Of a DNA stretch of 64,000 nt, positions 11,511 to 21,797 are shown one piece after another (the first letter of the stretch is position 1; each line of letters opens with the position of its first letter). The notes under the pieces were generated by a model. The model had not been told where the DNA came from, searched no databases, and was given only the letters and a program-made list of their open reading frames with translations. Made by a program: the position numbers and the translations under genes. The DNA comes from an uncultured Acidobacteriota bacterium (GTDB lineage: Bacteria; Acidobacteriota; Polarisedimenticolia; J045), in the NCBI GenBank assembly GCA_963702425.1, contig CAVPCQ010000039.1, positions 84,338 through 148,337 of the forward strand, given 5' to 3'.

Positions 11511-11864
11511 CTCCGGATCTCGGAGCCCGGCGTCGGCGTGAAGGACCTCTCGCCGCACGGCTGGAAGGTCCGCTTTGAGGCCGACGTCAAGGCCCGCCGC
11601 TACGAGATCCTCAGCAAGCTCACCGGCGCCGCCTGAGTCCGCCCGGCTGGCGGCTCCATGAAGGACGGGGTGGGGATCACAGAGCGGTTACGGTGAGTGG
11701 GCGAAAGGTCTGCCCGCTGGGGGTAGCCCCGAGCATGCGAACCGGACCACGGCGACGTAGGTCAGCCGCACGGGGCGGTCTGGGGGGACGGTCCACGCAG
11801 GCCGCTTCGTCGAGGGCGGGGTGGCGATCAGAAAACGGTGACGGACCCATGCCGGCGGGAGCGG

Positions 11865-12903
11865 TCAGCCGCGCTGCAGCGTGGCGCGCGTCGCGGCCTC
11901 GAGGGGGCCGGCCAGCGCGTCGCTCACGATCGGGACCGGGTCGGCCACGCCGGGTGCCAGGACGATCCGATGCGCGAAGAGCGGCACGGCCAGCGCCGCC
12001 AGGTCGTCGGTCGAGACGAAGGTCCGGCCGCGCCGCATGGCGCGCGCCTGGAGCGCCGGGACCGCCTGGACCAGCGAACGCGTGGACAGCCCCTGGGCGA
12101 CCCGCGGGTCGTCGCGCGTGGCCCGTGCCAGGTCGACCAGGCAGGCCCGCAGCTCGGCCGCGAAGTGGACCTCCCGCTCGATCGCGTCGCGCGCCGCGAG
12201 CAGCTCGTCGCGGGTGATCTTCGGCCGCGAGGAAGGCTGCGGGTGGAGCCGCTGGCGGTAACTGGCGACGACCTCGAGCTCGGCGCTCGCGCGCGATCGG
12301 CACCATCCGGATCTTGAACAGGAAGCGGTCGAGCTGCGGGGCCGGGAGCGGGAAGGTCCCGGCGAGGCCGAGCGGATTCTGGGTCGCGACGACCAGGAAG
12401 AGCGGGTCGAGCGGATAGGTCACGTTGTCGACCGTGACCTGGCGCTCGGCCATCGCCTCGAGCAGCGCCGACTGCACCTTCGGCGAGGTCCGGTTGATCT
12501 CGTCGGCCAGCACGACGTGCGCGAAGACCGGGCCAGGCACGAACTCGAAGCGGGCGTGCTCCGGGTCGAAGACCGAGACGCCGGTGATGTCGGAGGGGAG
12601 CAGGTCGGGCGTGAACTGGATCCGGCGGAAGGCCGAGAGGGGCGAGCCGTCGCCGTCGAGCGACTCGCCGAGCGCGCGCGCCAGCATCGTCTTGCCCGAG
12701 CCCGGGAAGTCCTCGAGCAGGACGTGCCCCCCCGCGAGCCAGGCGACGACGACGAGGTCGATCACGTCGTCGCGGCCGACGATCGCCTCGCCGAGCCGCG
12801 CAGCGACGCGTTGGGCCACCTCCGCGGCCTCGGAAAGTCCGGCGCCGTCCCGGCCGGTCTCCTCATCGCGCGCGGCGTCGATCGGATTCCTGTCAGGCTC
12901 CAC
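11865..12903 (-). CDS. moxR: MoxR-family AAA+ ATPase (frameshift near 12295)
   Basis: GHVLLEDFPGSGKT, RIQFTPDLLPSDITG, LADEINR, ATQNP, FPLPAPQLDRFL; C-terminal half in another frame ending at TGA 11865. Confidence 0.85.
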
Positions 12904-12923
12904 GTTCCGCCTCCGGTTTCACG

Positions 12924-15141
12924 TCAGCGCGTCCGCAACCAGCGCCAAGGGTCGAGCCGGCCCCACCATACCCTCCCGCGGGCTCCTCGTCGCGGGTCCG
13001 CCGCGCGCTGCCGCGCGACCAGGCGCGCCAGCTGCGCCGCGCGCACAGGGTCGGCGTCACGGGCGCCGAATCGCGCGGCGAGGTGGGCCGCGGTGAGCGG
13101 TTCGATCGCCGCCGCCGTTCCCGCCGCGCGCGCGGCGAAGGCCTCCCGCGTTTCGCCGGGGGTGCGGACCAGCCCGGCCTCGGCCAGCCGATCGAGCGCC
13201 GAGCGCAGCGCCAGGCGCGCAGTGCGGTCCCGCCGCGCAGCGACCGGGGCGATGCGCCGCCAGAGCTTCGCGGCGTGCCCCGCGCCGGCCCAGGCCAGCA
13301 GGGCCGACCCGAGCACGAGCAGCGTCTCGGCGCGCCCCGGCAACCGGTAGCGGGGCGGGCCGTCGCGCCCTGGCCCGCTCGCGCGCGGCCGCGCCAGCTC
13401 GCCCATCATCCGCTGGAGGTCGAGGCTCGGGGCCGCGAGCGGCGGATCGAGCGACGGCGGGGAGGGGTCGATCGGGACCCACCCGACGTCGTCGAGATAG
13501 ACCTCGGCCCAGGCGTGCGCATCGCCGGCGCGCAACATCAGCGCGGAGCCCCCAGCACGGTTCGCCTCCTCGTAGGCGTAGCCGGCCGCGACGCGCGACG
13601 GCAACCCCATCGCCCGCAGCAGGTAGGCCGCGGCGTGGGCGAGGTGCACGCAGTAGCCGATCCGGTCCCCGAAGAGGAACGACGCGGTCGGGTCGTCGGC
13701 CGCGGCGTGGTGCGAGCGCAGCGAGTACTGGGTGTGCCCCTCGAGCCAGATCGCAACCGCGAGCGCGCGGGCCCACGGATCCCCGGCGTACTCCGGCCGC
13801 AGCGTCGCGTCGATCTCCGCCGCCAGCGCCGCGTAGCGCGGATCGGCGGGCGCCTCGCGATAGGCGGCGTCGAGCGCGGCCGACCAGGCGGGGCTGCCTG
13901 CGGCGCGCCCCAGCAGTCGCGGCAGCCTTGCGGTCAGGACCATCGAGCGCGTGTCGTAGGTCCGGCGGAACAGCGCGGGGTCGGCGTTGGCGACCGACTC
14001 GAGCGCGAACCCCTCGGCCAGGACCGGCGGCAGGACGTGGTCGCGAACGAGCGAGACGGTGGCCTGGAGCGGGTCGCGGAAGGCCGCAGCCCGGGGGAAG
14101 CGCGTGCACCTCGGCCGCGCCCGCTGCAGGGAAGCGGGGAAACAGGTCGGCATCGGCCTCCTCTCCGGCCGTGCCGCCGCCACGCGCCTGGACCAGGCGG
14201 CGGCCGTTGTGGACCGAGAATGCGACCTGCCGGAAGTAGAGCACCCCGCCCGTCGGCGCGACGTCGTCGTGCAGCACGACGACCGCGACCGGCGCCTCGG
14301 CGCCGTTCGACGAGTAGTCGTCGCGGAAGGGCGCCATCTCATCGAGACGCTCGCCGTGTCCCGGGCCGGGGACGGTGAGGCCGAGCGGGTTCTGCTCGCC
14401 GCGCGCACGGGGCGGGCCCTCCGCGGTCGAACCGCCGCCGCGCTCCCCCTGCGGCTCACCGGACAGGCGGAGCGGATCCTCGGACGGCAACCGCAGCAGG
14501 CCGAGCGCGGGAGCGAAGCGAACCAGCGTCGCGGCAGCGACCAGCAACAGCAACGCCGCGAGCCAGGCGCGCCGGGCGCGGCCGGGGCGATAGAGCGCGA
14601 GCGAGCCGGCCACGCCCGCCACCGCGCCGAGCGCGGAGAAGACCAGCGCCGGGTGCCAGCCGGCGAGAAACGCGCGGTCCGAGACGGCGTAGGGCAGGTG
14701 GATCGCGCCGCCGCGGTGCGGCGCCAACAGCAGCGCCACCGCGCCGACGAGCGCGGCGAGCGGGAGCAGGCGCATCGCCGGGACGCGGGCCGCGGCGTGC
14801 GCGAGGAGCAGGGCCGCAGCGAGCACCGGGAGTCCGACGGTCAGCGCCTCGCGCGTCCGGGCCAGCAGGTCGGGCCACGGGACGAGCGCTGGCGGGAGGC
14901 GGTCGATCAGCGAGGCGACGAGCGGTCCCAGACCGGCGACGAGCAGCGCCGCCGCCGGGACGACCCACGCGCGCAGGCCACTGCTTGCGGTGCGGCTGCC
15001 GGCGAGGCCGCCGATCGTTGCGGCGACGATCGCCACGGCGAGTCCGGACGCGCTCGCCGCCGGTGCGAAGCACAACCCCGCCGCCGCAGCCAGGACCAGT
15101 GCGACCGGAAGTCCGTTCCCGAGGGTCCGGAGCGCGCTCAT
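12924..15141 (-). CDS. Membrane transglutaminase-like protein (frameshift near 14100)
   Basis: N-terminal TM helices; catalytic GYCVHLA, AHAWAEVYLDDVGWVPIDP; C-terminal RTPGET..FA motif. Confidence 0.8.
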
Positions 15142-16463
15142 CGCCCGCCTGCCGCGGTGACCGATTCGGGGCCGAGCAGGTCGGCGCCGGAGAGGACGGT
15201 CAGCCGGCCACCGACGCGGTCGGCGAGCACGAGGCGCACGCCGGTGGCGGCGAGCGGAGCGAGACCGCGCACCAGCGCGTCGAAAGCAGGCAGCGGGCGG
15301 TCCTCCCGCAGCAGGGCGCGCGCCAGGAGGCCGGCCGGCGGCAAGGCCAGGCCGGCATCCGCGGCGGCGACGATCGCGTATCGCGACGGATCGGCCGCGA
15401 CCTGGGGGAGGACCAGCGGGAGCCAGCCGCCGCTGCGCGCCGGGACGACGAGCAGGACCGGGCTGCCCGGCTCCGCGGCGCCGAGCGCGAGCGCGGCGGC
15501 AAGGTCGGCCCCCCCCCGCGCGCGGTGGCGCACAGAAGCGGCCAGGAGGTCGAGCGCGCGGCGCAGGTCGCGCACCGGGGCGGGAGCGCCGTCGCACGCG
15601 AACGGCAGGTCATCGCCGAACAGGCCGCTCTCGAGGATGACCCGCGCGGCCGCAGCCGCGGCGTCGTCGCCCTCGCCCGCGACGAGATAGAGCAGCGGCG
15701 TCCCCTCGGGGGAACGGGCCGGCTCGTGGGCTCGCACCATGAGCTGACGCGATCGGGCGTAGACCTTCCACAGGATCAGCCGCGCGGGATCGGACCGGGT
15801 GTAGGTCCGGAAGTCGACGAGGTCGCCCCGCGGCGGTCCCGTCGGCCAGGACAGGAGATCCCCGGTGGCGAGGCTCGTGGCCAGCTCCGCCGCCGACAGG
15901 CGCCCCGGGTCGGGCAGCGCGCGCACCGCGCGCGGTTGCGGCACACGGGCGGTGAAGCGCCAGAGCCCCAGCACGTCCTCGCCATGCAGCTCGCGCACGA
16001 TCTCGCCGGCCAGCGCGCGGTCGGGGAAGGTCACCTGCTCGACGCGCAGCGCGCTCCGCGCGCTGGGTGCGGCGACGGCCGCCGGGGCGATCCAGGCCAG
16101 CCGCGGGGTGGCGGCGAGGGGCACCACGCGCACCGGCAGCACGAGGCCCGACGCGACCGGCCGGCCCTCGACCGCCTCGAGCGGCGGCGCTCCCGAGGCA
16201 CTCGCGCGCTGGAGGTCGCGCCGGGCCAGCGCCAGTGACAGTGCCGCCGCCGCGCCGGTGCCGACCACGAGAGCGAGACCCCAGAGGGCCGCGATCGTGA
16301 CGACCAGATCGATCCGGCCGCGCCCGAACCAGTAGGCCGCGGCCGATGCGGCCAGCAGCAGGAAGCCGGCCGGCCGGATCGGAACCGCGCGGACCCACGC
16401 GAAAAGACGGCGGGCCAGAGGCACGCGGACGGGGGGCGGCGCCGCCTGGGGCGCGGTCGACAT
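15138..16463 (-). CDS. DUF58 domain protein
   Basis: GDLVDFRTYTRSDPARLILWKVYARSRQLMVR signature; N-terminal TM; stop overlaps the transglutaminase start. Confidence 0.8.
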   Translation of the reverse strand: MSTAPQAAPPPVRVPLARRLFAWVRAVPIRPAGFLLLAASAAAYWFGRGRIDLVVTIAALWGLALVVGTGAAAALSLALARRDLQRASASGAPPLEAVEGRPVASGLVLPVRVVPLAATPRLAWIAPAAVAAPSARSALRVEQVTFPDRALAGEIVRELHGEDVLGLWRFTARVPQPRAVRALPDPGRLSAAELATSLATGDLLSWPTGPPRGDLVDFRTYTRSDPARLILWKVYARSRQLMVRAHEPARSPEGTPLLYLVAGEGDDAAAAAARVILESGLFGDDLPFACDGAPAPVRDLRRALDLLAASVRHRARGGADLAAALALGAAEPGSPVLLVVPARSGGWLPLVLPQVAADPSRYAIVAAADAGLALPPAGLLARALLREDRPLPAFDALVRGLAPLAATGVRLVLADRVGGRLTVLSGADLLGPESVTAAGGR

Positions 16464-16604
16464 CCGCGCGAGTCTAGATGCGCGGCGCGCCGGGTGCGAG
16501 GCCGCGGGGGTCGGGGGCGCCCCCGGGCGGCTGGTCGCCGCGGCCGATTGCACTCACAATGCCCCGGTTGCCGGCCCGCTGGCCGGCCTGAGGTGAGTGC
16601 CGAC

Positions 16605-17753
16605 ATGAGCCATGCTGAAGCGGGACGGAGTGTGACGCGCGGGGCCCTCCTCGCGCTGGTCGTCGGGTGTCTGGCGTTCGCGGCCGGGTGCGGCAAAGGC
16701 AAGCCCGAGAAGCCGGAGTCGCCGCTCGACAAGATCCCGACCAAGGACGCGGTCGTGCTGGTCGGCGACAAGCAGATCTCCGGCGCGTGGCTCCGCAACT
16801 GGTGCGCGACGCAGGAACTGCAGTTCCTGCGCGGCGGGATGCCGGTCCAGGTCGACGAGTACTCGCTGATCACGGCGGGCCGCCAGATCCTGACCAAGAT
16901 CGTGCTGATCGCCGGCGAGGCCGAACGCCAGGGGATCACGGTCAGCGACCAGGAGATCCAGGACCAGCTGAGCAAGGAAATGAAGTTGTTCCCCTCGACC
17001 GAGGCCTGGCGCGACCGGATGACCGCGTCGGGGATGACGGTCGAGGAGCGGAAGGAACAGATCCGGCTCGAGCTGCTCTTCAACAAGTACCGCGAGCAGG
17101 TCGTGACGCCGGAGGTGCTGAAGACCCGCGCCAACATGGAGATGGCTCGCGAGTACTACGGCCGCTACCCGCAGCAGTTCCAGCGCCCGCGCGCGGTCCA
17201 CCTGGCGCACATCATGCGCTCGGTCGCCAAGGACGCGCCTCCCGACCAGCGCGACAAGGAACGCGCCAACATCGAGAAAGCGCGCGGCCGCGTCTCGAGC
17301 GGCGAGAAGTTCGAGGATGTGGCGCGCGAGGTATCGACCGACGTCTCGGCGATCAAGGGTGGCGACATCAAGTGGGTCACCGAACAGGCTCCGCTCGCGC
17401 CGGAGATCAAGGCGAAGGTGCTGGTCCTCAAGCCCGGCGAGATGACCGAGATCATCGAGAGCCCGGTCGGGTACCACCTGTTCCTGGCCCTCGAGGTCAA
17501 GGAGGCCGGGGTCGTGCCGTTCGAGGAGGCGCAGGAGGGGATCCAGAAGCAGCTGCTCGAGAAGTCGCTCCAGGTCTCGATGGAGCGCGCGGCGTCCGAC
17601 CTGCAGCAGCAGACCAAGGTCCAGTTCCTCGATCTCAAGCCGTTCATCGGCACACCGCCCGAGAAGGCGGCCGGCGCCCCGGCCGCGGGGGCGACCGCGC
17701 CACCCGCCGAAGGTGCCCCGCCGGTCCCCCAGCAGGCTCCCGCCAAGAACTAG
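16605..17753 (+). CDS. SurA/PrsA-like parvulin peptidyl-prolyl isomerase lipoprotein
   Basis: Lipobox-like AAGC; SurA-like GITVSDQEI; rotamase motifs HIM, FEDVAREVSTD, GGDI, SPVGYHL. Confidence 0.85.
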   Translation: MSHAEAGRSVTRGALLALVVGCLAFAAGCGKGKPEKPESPLDKIPTKDAVVLVGDKQISGAWLRNWCATQELQFLRGGMPVQVDEYSLITAGRQILTKIVLIAGEAERQGITVSDQEIQDQLSKEMKLFPSTEAWRDRMTASGMTVEERKEQIRLELLFNKYREQVVTPEVLKTRANMEMAREYYGRYPQQFQRPRAVHLAHIMRSVAKDAPPDQRDKERANIEKARGRVSSGEKFEDVAREVSTDVSAIKGGDIKWVTEQAPLAPEIKAKVLVLKPGEMTEIIESPVGYHLFLALEVKEAGVVPFEEAQEGIQKQLLEKSLQVSMERAASDLQQQTKVQFLDLKPFIGTPPEKAAGAPAAGATAPPAEGAPPVPQQAPAKN

Positions 17754-19972
17754 AGGAGACGCCGGCGCCACCGCACCAGGCCGGCCGCCGCGAGCGTCAG
17801 GAGCGGCAGACCGGCGGTCAACGCCACCGCGATCCAGGCCGTCTCGCGACGCGTCAGGGCGACCCGCGCCAGCGGACGCTCGCGGGCCGGGACGACGAGC
17901 GGGGCGTCCTCCGGCAGCAGCCACGCGGTGGCGTTCATCGCCAGACCGCGATTGGCGAGTTGGTCGATCGCCGCGTTCGAGAACAGATCGGCGTCACCGC
18001 TGGCGACGATCCGTCCCGCTCCCGCGCGGCCGCCGGCGACGATCGTCAACGGGCCGGCCGAGTCGCCGCCGTCGCGGGCGAAGCCGTCGGCGGCGTCACC
18101 GAAGGTGGTCTCGCCCCACGCCTCGGGCGAGGTGCGCACCAACGGACGCGGACCTTCGTGCCCGTCGCCGTCGCCCGCACCGCCTTCGTGCGCGGAACCT
18201 TCATATCCGCCGGGAGCCGCGATCGAGCGCACCAGCCGGACCAGGACCGGCATGTCGGCCACCGGTCTCGTGAGCGGGTCGTGCGGGTTGGCGAACGCAA
18301 AGAAGCTCTCGGGCCCGAAGGACGGCACGGCGTGCGCCGGGTCGAGCACGACGTCGTCGCGTGCCGCGAGGCCCGCCCGCGCCAGCAGCGGCTCGAGCCC
18401 GCTCGAGGCGAAACCGCCGCCGTCGGGCCGCGGCACCGGTTCGAGCATCACGAGCGCAGCACCGCCGGCGTCGAGGTACCGCCCGAGCGCGTCGCGTTCG
18501 CCCGGCAGCCAGGGCGCGAGTGGTCCGGCGACGATCACGAGGTCGGTCCCGGCGGGTACGGCGGTCGCGCCGAGCGCGTCCCAGACGCGGACGTCGAGGT
18601 CGGCGCGGGCCAACATCTCGGCCCAGCGCGACAGCCCGGCCTCGCCGGGCGCGCCCGAATCACGCTCGCCGTGGCCCGTCGCGAAGCGCACCACCGGGCG
18701 GCGCGCACGCGTGACCGCCCGGATCGCCCCGATCAACGCCTCCTCGGCGCGCAGCGCGCGGACCGCAGGCGCCCCTTCCCAGGTGATCGCGCCGTCGTAG
18801 AGGACGAGGTCCTCCGCGCGCAGCACGCGCCGGCGCCCGGCGCCCTCGACGACGACGACGTTGACGCTCTCGCGCAGCGGGTCGAGGCCGAGCTGGCGCA
18901 GGCGCAGCGGCTCGCGCAGCGGGTCGAGCTCCTCCAGGACGATCCGCCCCGGGGCCGCGGCCGCCAGCGTACCGGCGACGGTCCGCAACTCGGCCACGGC
19001 GTCCGCCGGCAACTCTGCCGAGGCGTGGAGCAGCGACACGACGCGCACCGTCTCGGGCAGCGTGCCGAGCGCGTCGACGGTTTCGGGCGAGAGCGTGTAG
19101 AGCCGCGACCCGGTGAGGTCCCACACCGGACCCCACCGGACCGCCGCGGCGTTGGCGAGCGCGAACAGGGCGAGCGCGAGAGCCAGCATCGCCGCCCCGG
19201 CCGCCCGCCGCGCCCCGCGCCCCGCGCCGCCGCGCAGGCGCTCGATCAGGCGCGCGGCGAGGAAGACGAAGAGGACCGTGCCCGAGAGCGGGTAGACGAG
19301 CCGTCGCGCCGCGACGAGGCCGCGCGAGAGCTCGTCCATCGTCGCGAGCAGGTTCAGCTGGTCCCACGCGGCGCGCGCCGCGGGAGCGCGCGCCATGCCG
19401 CCGGCTGCGAGCGGCAGCGTGAACAGCGCGACGAGGAAGACGAAGCCGAGGCAGGCGGCGACGACCTGATTCCGCGTCGCAGCCGAGGCGAAGAGGCCAA
19501 CCGCCAGCAGGTAGGCGCCGACCACCACGAGGCCGGCGAGCCCGGCGATCGCGGCCGAGAGATCGAGCGTGCCCGCGCTGCCGAGCAGGGCGAGGAACAC
19601 CGGGAACGGCGCCAGCAGCGCGAGGTAGAACACGAGCGCGCCGAGGAACTTCCCGGTCGCGATCTCGCCCGCGGTGACGGGCGCGGCCAGCAGGATCTCG
19701 ATCGAGCCGGTCTGCCGCTCCTCCGCGACGAGTCGCATCGCGATCAGCGGCAGCACGACGAGCAGCGGCAGCCAGAAGAGCGAGGCTGTGAACAATGCGC
19801 GCTGGACCTCGAGCAGCGGGGCCGAGGCGATGCCGGGGAGCGAGATCAGCGTGCCGAAGGCGTAGCCGAGCAGGGCACTCGTGGCGGCGAGAACGACCCA
19901 CGCCAGCGGCTGCTGGAACAGCGAGACGATCTCGCGCCGCGCGATGACGGCGACGTGCGCCGGGGCCCGCAT
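17750..19972 (-). CDS. ABC-2 permease fused to GldG-like auxiliary domain
   Basis: IARREIVSLF, AEERQTGSIEILL, GKFLG (GldF-like) followed by DLTGSRLYTLS, FATGHGE and SGDADLFSN (GldG-like). Confidence 0.8.
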   Translation of the reverse strand: MRAPAHVAVIARREIVSLFQQPLAWVVLAATSALLGYAFGTLISLPGIASAPLLEVQRALFTASLFWLPLLVVLPLIAMRLVAEERQTGSIEILLAAPVTAGEIATGKFLGALVFYLALLAPFPVFLALLGSAGTLDLSAAIAGLAGLVVVGAYLLAVGLFASAATRNQVVAACLGFVFLVALFTLPLAAGGMARAPAARAAWDQLNLLATMDELSRGLVAARRLVYPLSGTVLFVFLAARLIERLRGGAGRGARRAAGAAMLALALALFALANAAAVRWGPVWDLTGSRLYTLSPETVDALGTLPETVRVVSLLHASAELPADAVAELRTVAGTLAAAAPGRIVLEELDPLREPLRLRQLGLDPLRESVNVVVVEGAGRRRVLRAEDLVLYDGAITWEGAPAVRALRAEEALIGAIRAVTRARRPVVRFATGHGERDSGAPGEAGLSRWAEMLARADLDVRVWDALGATAVPAGTDLVIVAGPLAPWLPGERDALGRYLDAGGAALVMLEPVPRPDGGGFASSGLEPLLARAGLAARDDVVLDPAHAVPSFGPESFFAFANPHDPLTRPVADMPVLVRLVRSIAAPGGYEGSAHEGGAGDGDGHEGPRPLVRTSPEAWGETTFGDAADGFARDGGDSAGPLTIVAGGRAGAGRIVASGDADLFSNAAIDQLANRGLAMNATAWLLPEDAPLVVPARERPLARVALTRRETAWIAVALTAGLPLLTLAAAGLVRWRRRLL

Positions 19973-20901
19973 CACCGCGACCCCTCCCGGTCGGTGGCGG
20001 CGAGGAAGGCGTCCTCCAGGGAGGGGAGACGCCGAGACAGCTCGCGCAGCGCAATCCCCTGCGCGGCGGCGGCCCGGCCGGCGGCCTCGCGCTCGTCGCC
20101 AGCGGCGGCGAACTCGAGCCGGTGCCAGCCGTCGCCCAGGTCGAGCTCGGAGAGCGGAGGACCGAGCCGCGCGAGCGCGCCCTTCAGCGCCGGGGCGTCC
20201 ACGGCCGCGCACTCGACGCGGATCGCCGCCCCGGCCGTGCTGGCCCGCAGCGCGGCGACGGTGCCCGTCGCCGAGACCCGCCCGCCGGCGAGGATGACGA
20301 CGCGGTCGCACGCCTGTTCGACCTCGGCCAGCTGGTGCGACGAGAAGAGGATTGCGCGGCCGGGAGCGAGCGCGCGGATCAGCCCGCGCGTTTCGGCCGC
20401 CTGCTGCGGGTCGAGGCCGGCCGTCGGCTCGTCGAGCACGAGCACCGGCGGAGCGCCGAGCAGGGCTCCGGCCAGCCCGACGCGCTGTCGGAAGCCCCGG
20501 GACAGGGTGTCGACCAGGGCCCGCGCGGCAGCGCCCAGCCGGCAGGCCTCGAGCGCCTCGTCGATCGTGCGGGCGCGCTCGCGGCGCGGGATGTCCCGGA
20601 GGCCGGCGCGGAACTCGAGGTACTCGCGAACACGCAGCTCGGGCGGCAGTGCGAGCTGCTCGGGGAGGTAGCCCAGCCGGCGTCGCGCCTCCGTCGGCCG
20701 GGCCACGATGTCGATGCCGCCGAGGCGCGCCGTTCCCCCGTCCGGCACGAGCACGCCGGCGACGATCCGGAGCGTCGTCGTCTTGCCGGCGCCGTTCGGG
20801 CCGAGCAGCCCGACGACCTCGCCCGGCGCCGCGGTGAAGCTCACCTCGTCCACGGCCTGCACGGGGCCGAATCGCCGGGCGAGCCGGTCGGCCTCGATCA
20901 C
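19972..20901 (-). CDS. ABC transporter ATP-binding protein (GldA-like)
   Basis: GPNGAGKTT, LSRGFRQRVG, LDEPTAGLDP, SSH. Confidence 0.9.
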   Translation of the reverse strand: MIEADRLARRFGPVQAVDEVSFTAAPGEVVGLLGPNGAGKTTTLRIVAGVLVPDGGTARLGGIDIVARPTEARRRLGYLPEQLALPPELRVREYLEFRAGLRDIPRRERARTIDEALEACRLGAAARALVDTLSRGFRQRVGLAGALLGAPPVLVLDEPTAGLDPQQAAETRGLIRALAPGRAILFSSHQLAEVEQACDRVVILAGGRVSATGTVAALRASTAGAAIRVECAAVDAPALKGALARLGPPLSELDLGDGWHRLEFAAAGDEREAAGRAAAAQGIALRELSRRLPSLEDAFLAATDREGSR

Positions 20902-21797
20902 TCGGGCGGCTCGGCCCGGCGCTCCGGGATCGGCAGCCGGTCGGGAGCGTTCCACGTGAGGGGCGGGATCTCGTCCTTCACCTCGGTGCCGAAGAACCGG
21001 TAGTCGTCGTACGTGATCACCTGGCGCGAGACGGTGCGTCGCTGGTCCTCGTGCACGAGCTGGAAGGTGAGCAGCTCGGAACGCGTCGGATAGGTGTAAC
21101 CCTCGTGGTCGAAATCGAAATCGACGGTCAGCTCGATCCCGATCGGGGGCGGCGCGAACGAGATCCCGATGAACCGGAAGGCGGTGAGGTAGCGCGCCAG
21201 CTCGGTTCTCAGCCGCTCGTCCTGCAGGCTCGGCCGGGCCACGATGCGCACCAGGTTTCCGGAGCGGTACTCGACCTCCGCGGTGCCGGTCCACTCGGTG
21301 ATCCGCCGCTGGCCGGCCACCGGCGCGGAGGTCACCCACGAGACCGGGATCGCGAGCCTGTAGGGGGTGGTGTGCCAGTCGCCGACCGAGAAACGCAACG
21401 TCGAGCGGATCCCGGGCCGGAAGATCTGGGTCCAGAGCAGGGGTTCGGGGAAGGGGAGATCGACGCGCTCCTCCTTCGTCTCGCCGGGCCGGGTGCGGAA
21501 GGCCCGGAACCCCTCCGGGCCGGCCCCTTCACGCACCAGCAGGTAGTCGTAGACCTCGACCTTCTCGCGCTTCGCCTCTTCGTCCGAGTAGCGCGCCTGG
21601 CGCACGCTCTCCGTCACGGAGAAGCCGAGCGCGCGCCGTGCGTAACCGTTGGACTTGGCCTCCAGCACGTGCGCCAGCTCTTCGGGGAGCGGCGCCCAGG
21701 CGGGCGGGTACGGTCCGTCGTCGCGCGTGTCGGGCGGTGCGGCCCATGCGGCGACGACCAGTGCCAGGCCGACGAGCGCCGCGGCAGCCGGCCTCAC
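20898..21797 (-). CDS. Hypothetical secreted protein
   Basis: GTG start overlapping the deaminase stop; signal-like AAAALVGLALVVAAWA; beta-rich body. Confidence 0.7.
   Translation of the reverse strand: MRPAAAALVGLALVVAAWAAPPDTRDDGPYPPAWAPLPEELAHVLEAKSNGYARRALGFSVTESVRQARYSDEEAKREKVEVYDYLLVREGAGPEGFRAFRTRPGETKEERVDLPFPEPLLWTQIFRPGIRSTLRFSVGDWHTTPYRLAIPVSWVTSAPVAGQRRITEWTGTAEVEYRSGNLVRIVARPSLQDERLRTELARYLTAFRFIGISFAPPPIGIELTVDFDFDHEGYTYPTRSELLTFQLVHEDQRRTVSRQVITYDDYRFFGTEVKDEIPPLTWNAPDRLPIPERRAEPPE

Noticed and set aside
11690-11800. Group II intron domain V or other known ncRNA
   Set aside because: Only superficial similarity; no proper domain V stem with catalytic triad could be drawn.
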